Shown here: positions 63,154-64,000 of the stretch, piece by piece | Position numbering within the stretch: position 1 is the first letter of the stretch | Layout of the letters: each line of letters begins with the position of its first letter | Assembly: GCA_016702545.1 (NCBI GenBank) | Contig: JADJDT010000005.1 | Coordinates: forward strand, 274,991-338,990 | From: Pseudomonadota bacterium | Lineage (GTDB): Bacteria; Myxococcota_A; Polyangia; GCA-2747355 | Direction of reading: 5' to 3' | DNA: 64,000 nt | Notes under the pieces: generated by a model | The model's database searches: none | What the model saw: only the letters and a program-made list of their open reading frames with translations | Told to the model about the DNA's origin: nothing | Translations under genes and position numbers: made by a program

Positions 63154-64000
63154 GTGATCACGTCCTGCACGCTTCACAACTTCAGAGGCGTTCGGCAGGG
63201 CGAGCTGACCGGGCTGACCAGGCTGGTGGTGCTCGTCGGTCCCAACGGCTGCGGCAAGAGCACGGTGTTGGACGCCCTCGACGTCGCGGCCAGTCCGACC
63301 CCCGGGCACGCCGTCGGACGCGCCGTCACCCGGCGGCGCTTCTCCGGGCCCGCCCACCGCTGGCTGCTTTGGCGCGGCAGCGAGCCAGCCATGATCGTCA
63401 TTGGGACCGCCAACGGGGGGCAGCGCAGGGTCGACCTCACCGTCGAGGGGCAGAATTGTCGCGTCGGCATCGGCAGCTCAGGCGACAACGCCTCAGACAG
63501 CGATGGGGGCGAGGTGCGCTTCGATGCGCGCAGCAACTGGGAGCAGACGCTGCGCGGCGGGCTACCCGCGTTTCTCGGTATCCCCTTCTTCCGCCTGATC
63601 GACTGCGGCGGGCTGCCCGTCGAGCTTCACGAGCTCTATTCGCGCGCCGTGGAGCGGGGGCAGCGCGACCTGGCCCGGAGCTTGGTGAGTGGGCTCTTGG
63701 GCGGCGTCGAGTCCGTAAGATCCTGACGGAGAACGACGAGCCCGTGCTGCACGTCGTCTTCGAGCACCACAGCGTCCCGGCCCGGTTGATCGGCGACGGG
63801 GTCCACGCGGCCCTGCGGACGGTGCTTGAACTCGTGGGGCCCCGTGAGAGCGTCTTCGCGCTGGAGGAGCCGGAGACCCACCAGCATCCTGCTGCAATCT
63901 CGAAGACCGCCAGGGCGGTCGTTGCGGCTGTGCGGCAGAGCATGCAGGTCGTGCTCACGACGCACAGCTTGGAGCTGATCGACGCCCTGCTGGCTGAGGC
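63154..64000 (+). CDS. AAA_21/OLD-like ABC-type ATPase (3' end outside the window); frame broken near 63710
   Basis: GTG 63154 follows GGAGAGGA. The Walker A motif is LVGPNGCGKSTVLDAL. After a 1-nt shift the reading continues RKILTENDEPVLHVVFEHH...VFALEEPETHQHP (Walker B-like)...VVLTTHSLELIDAL to the window edge. Confidence 0.65.

Overview
Very GC-rich bacterial chromosomal segment (roughly 70% or more by eye), densely coding on both strands. No similarity search was run. All family calls rest on motifs read from the supplied translations or from my own translation of the DNA. A MYXO-CTERM-like sorting tail, Myxococcus-type Cys-rich repeats, RCC1-repeat and multi-propeller lipoproteins, many lipobox proteins, a CxxxY CcmE and sigma-54/EBP elements suggest a Myxococcota-like origin (inference). 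About 50 protein genes can be supported. Housekeeping genes: ccmE, slt-like transglycosylase, murA, thiolase plus 3-hydroxyacyl-CoA dehydrogenase fusion, RpoD-like sigma factor, hpf, ettA, and a dapC-dapD-dapE operon. Transport and stress genes: ClC and MscS channels, adenosine deaminase, an SDR, a front-end fatty-acid desaturase, a GT4 plus GH130 pair. Secreted or lipoprotein genes: a roughly 2100-aa four-propeller lipoprotein, two tandem Cys-rich beta-helix paralogues plus a truncated third copy, a COG4880-like propeller protein, a VWA lipoprotein, an S1 protease. No rRNA, tRNA, CRISPR array, transposase, integrase or phage gene was recognised. Observations for follow-up: (1) a perfect 20-copy 9-bp in-frame repeat encoding (NAM)20. 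(2) A roughly 135-bp double-hairpin element present twice, 20 kb apart, with a 61-nt identical core. (3) Tracts made only of G and C (191 and 241 nt) with G15/C15 runs, plus a C10-G11-A8 tract. (4) At least nine frameshifts, two in-frame TGA codons and a 90-bp in-frame deletion in otherwise recognisable genes, including essential-pathway genes. This pattern more likely reflects indel-prone assembly than biology, and it limits every pseudogene call made here. (5) A V4R-type sigma-54 activator divergent from a -24/-12-like promoter and a small stress-type protein operon. (6) A Tse1-like amidase with a translationally coupled secreted partner. I did not find a convincing complete novel multi-gene system.
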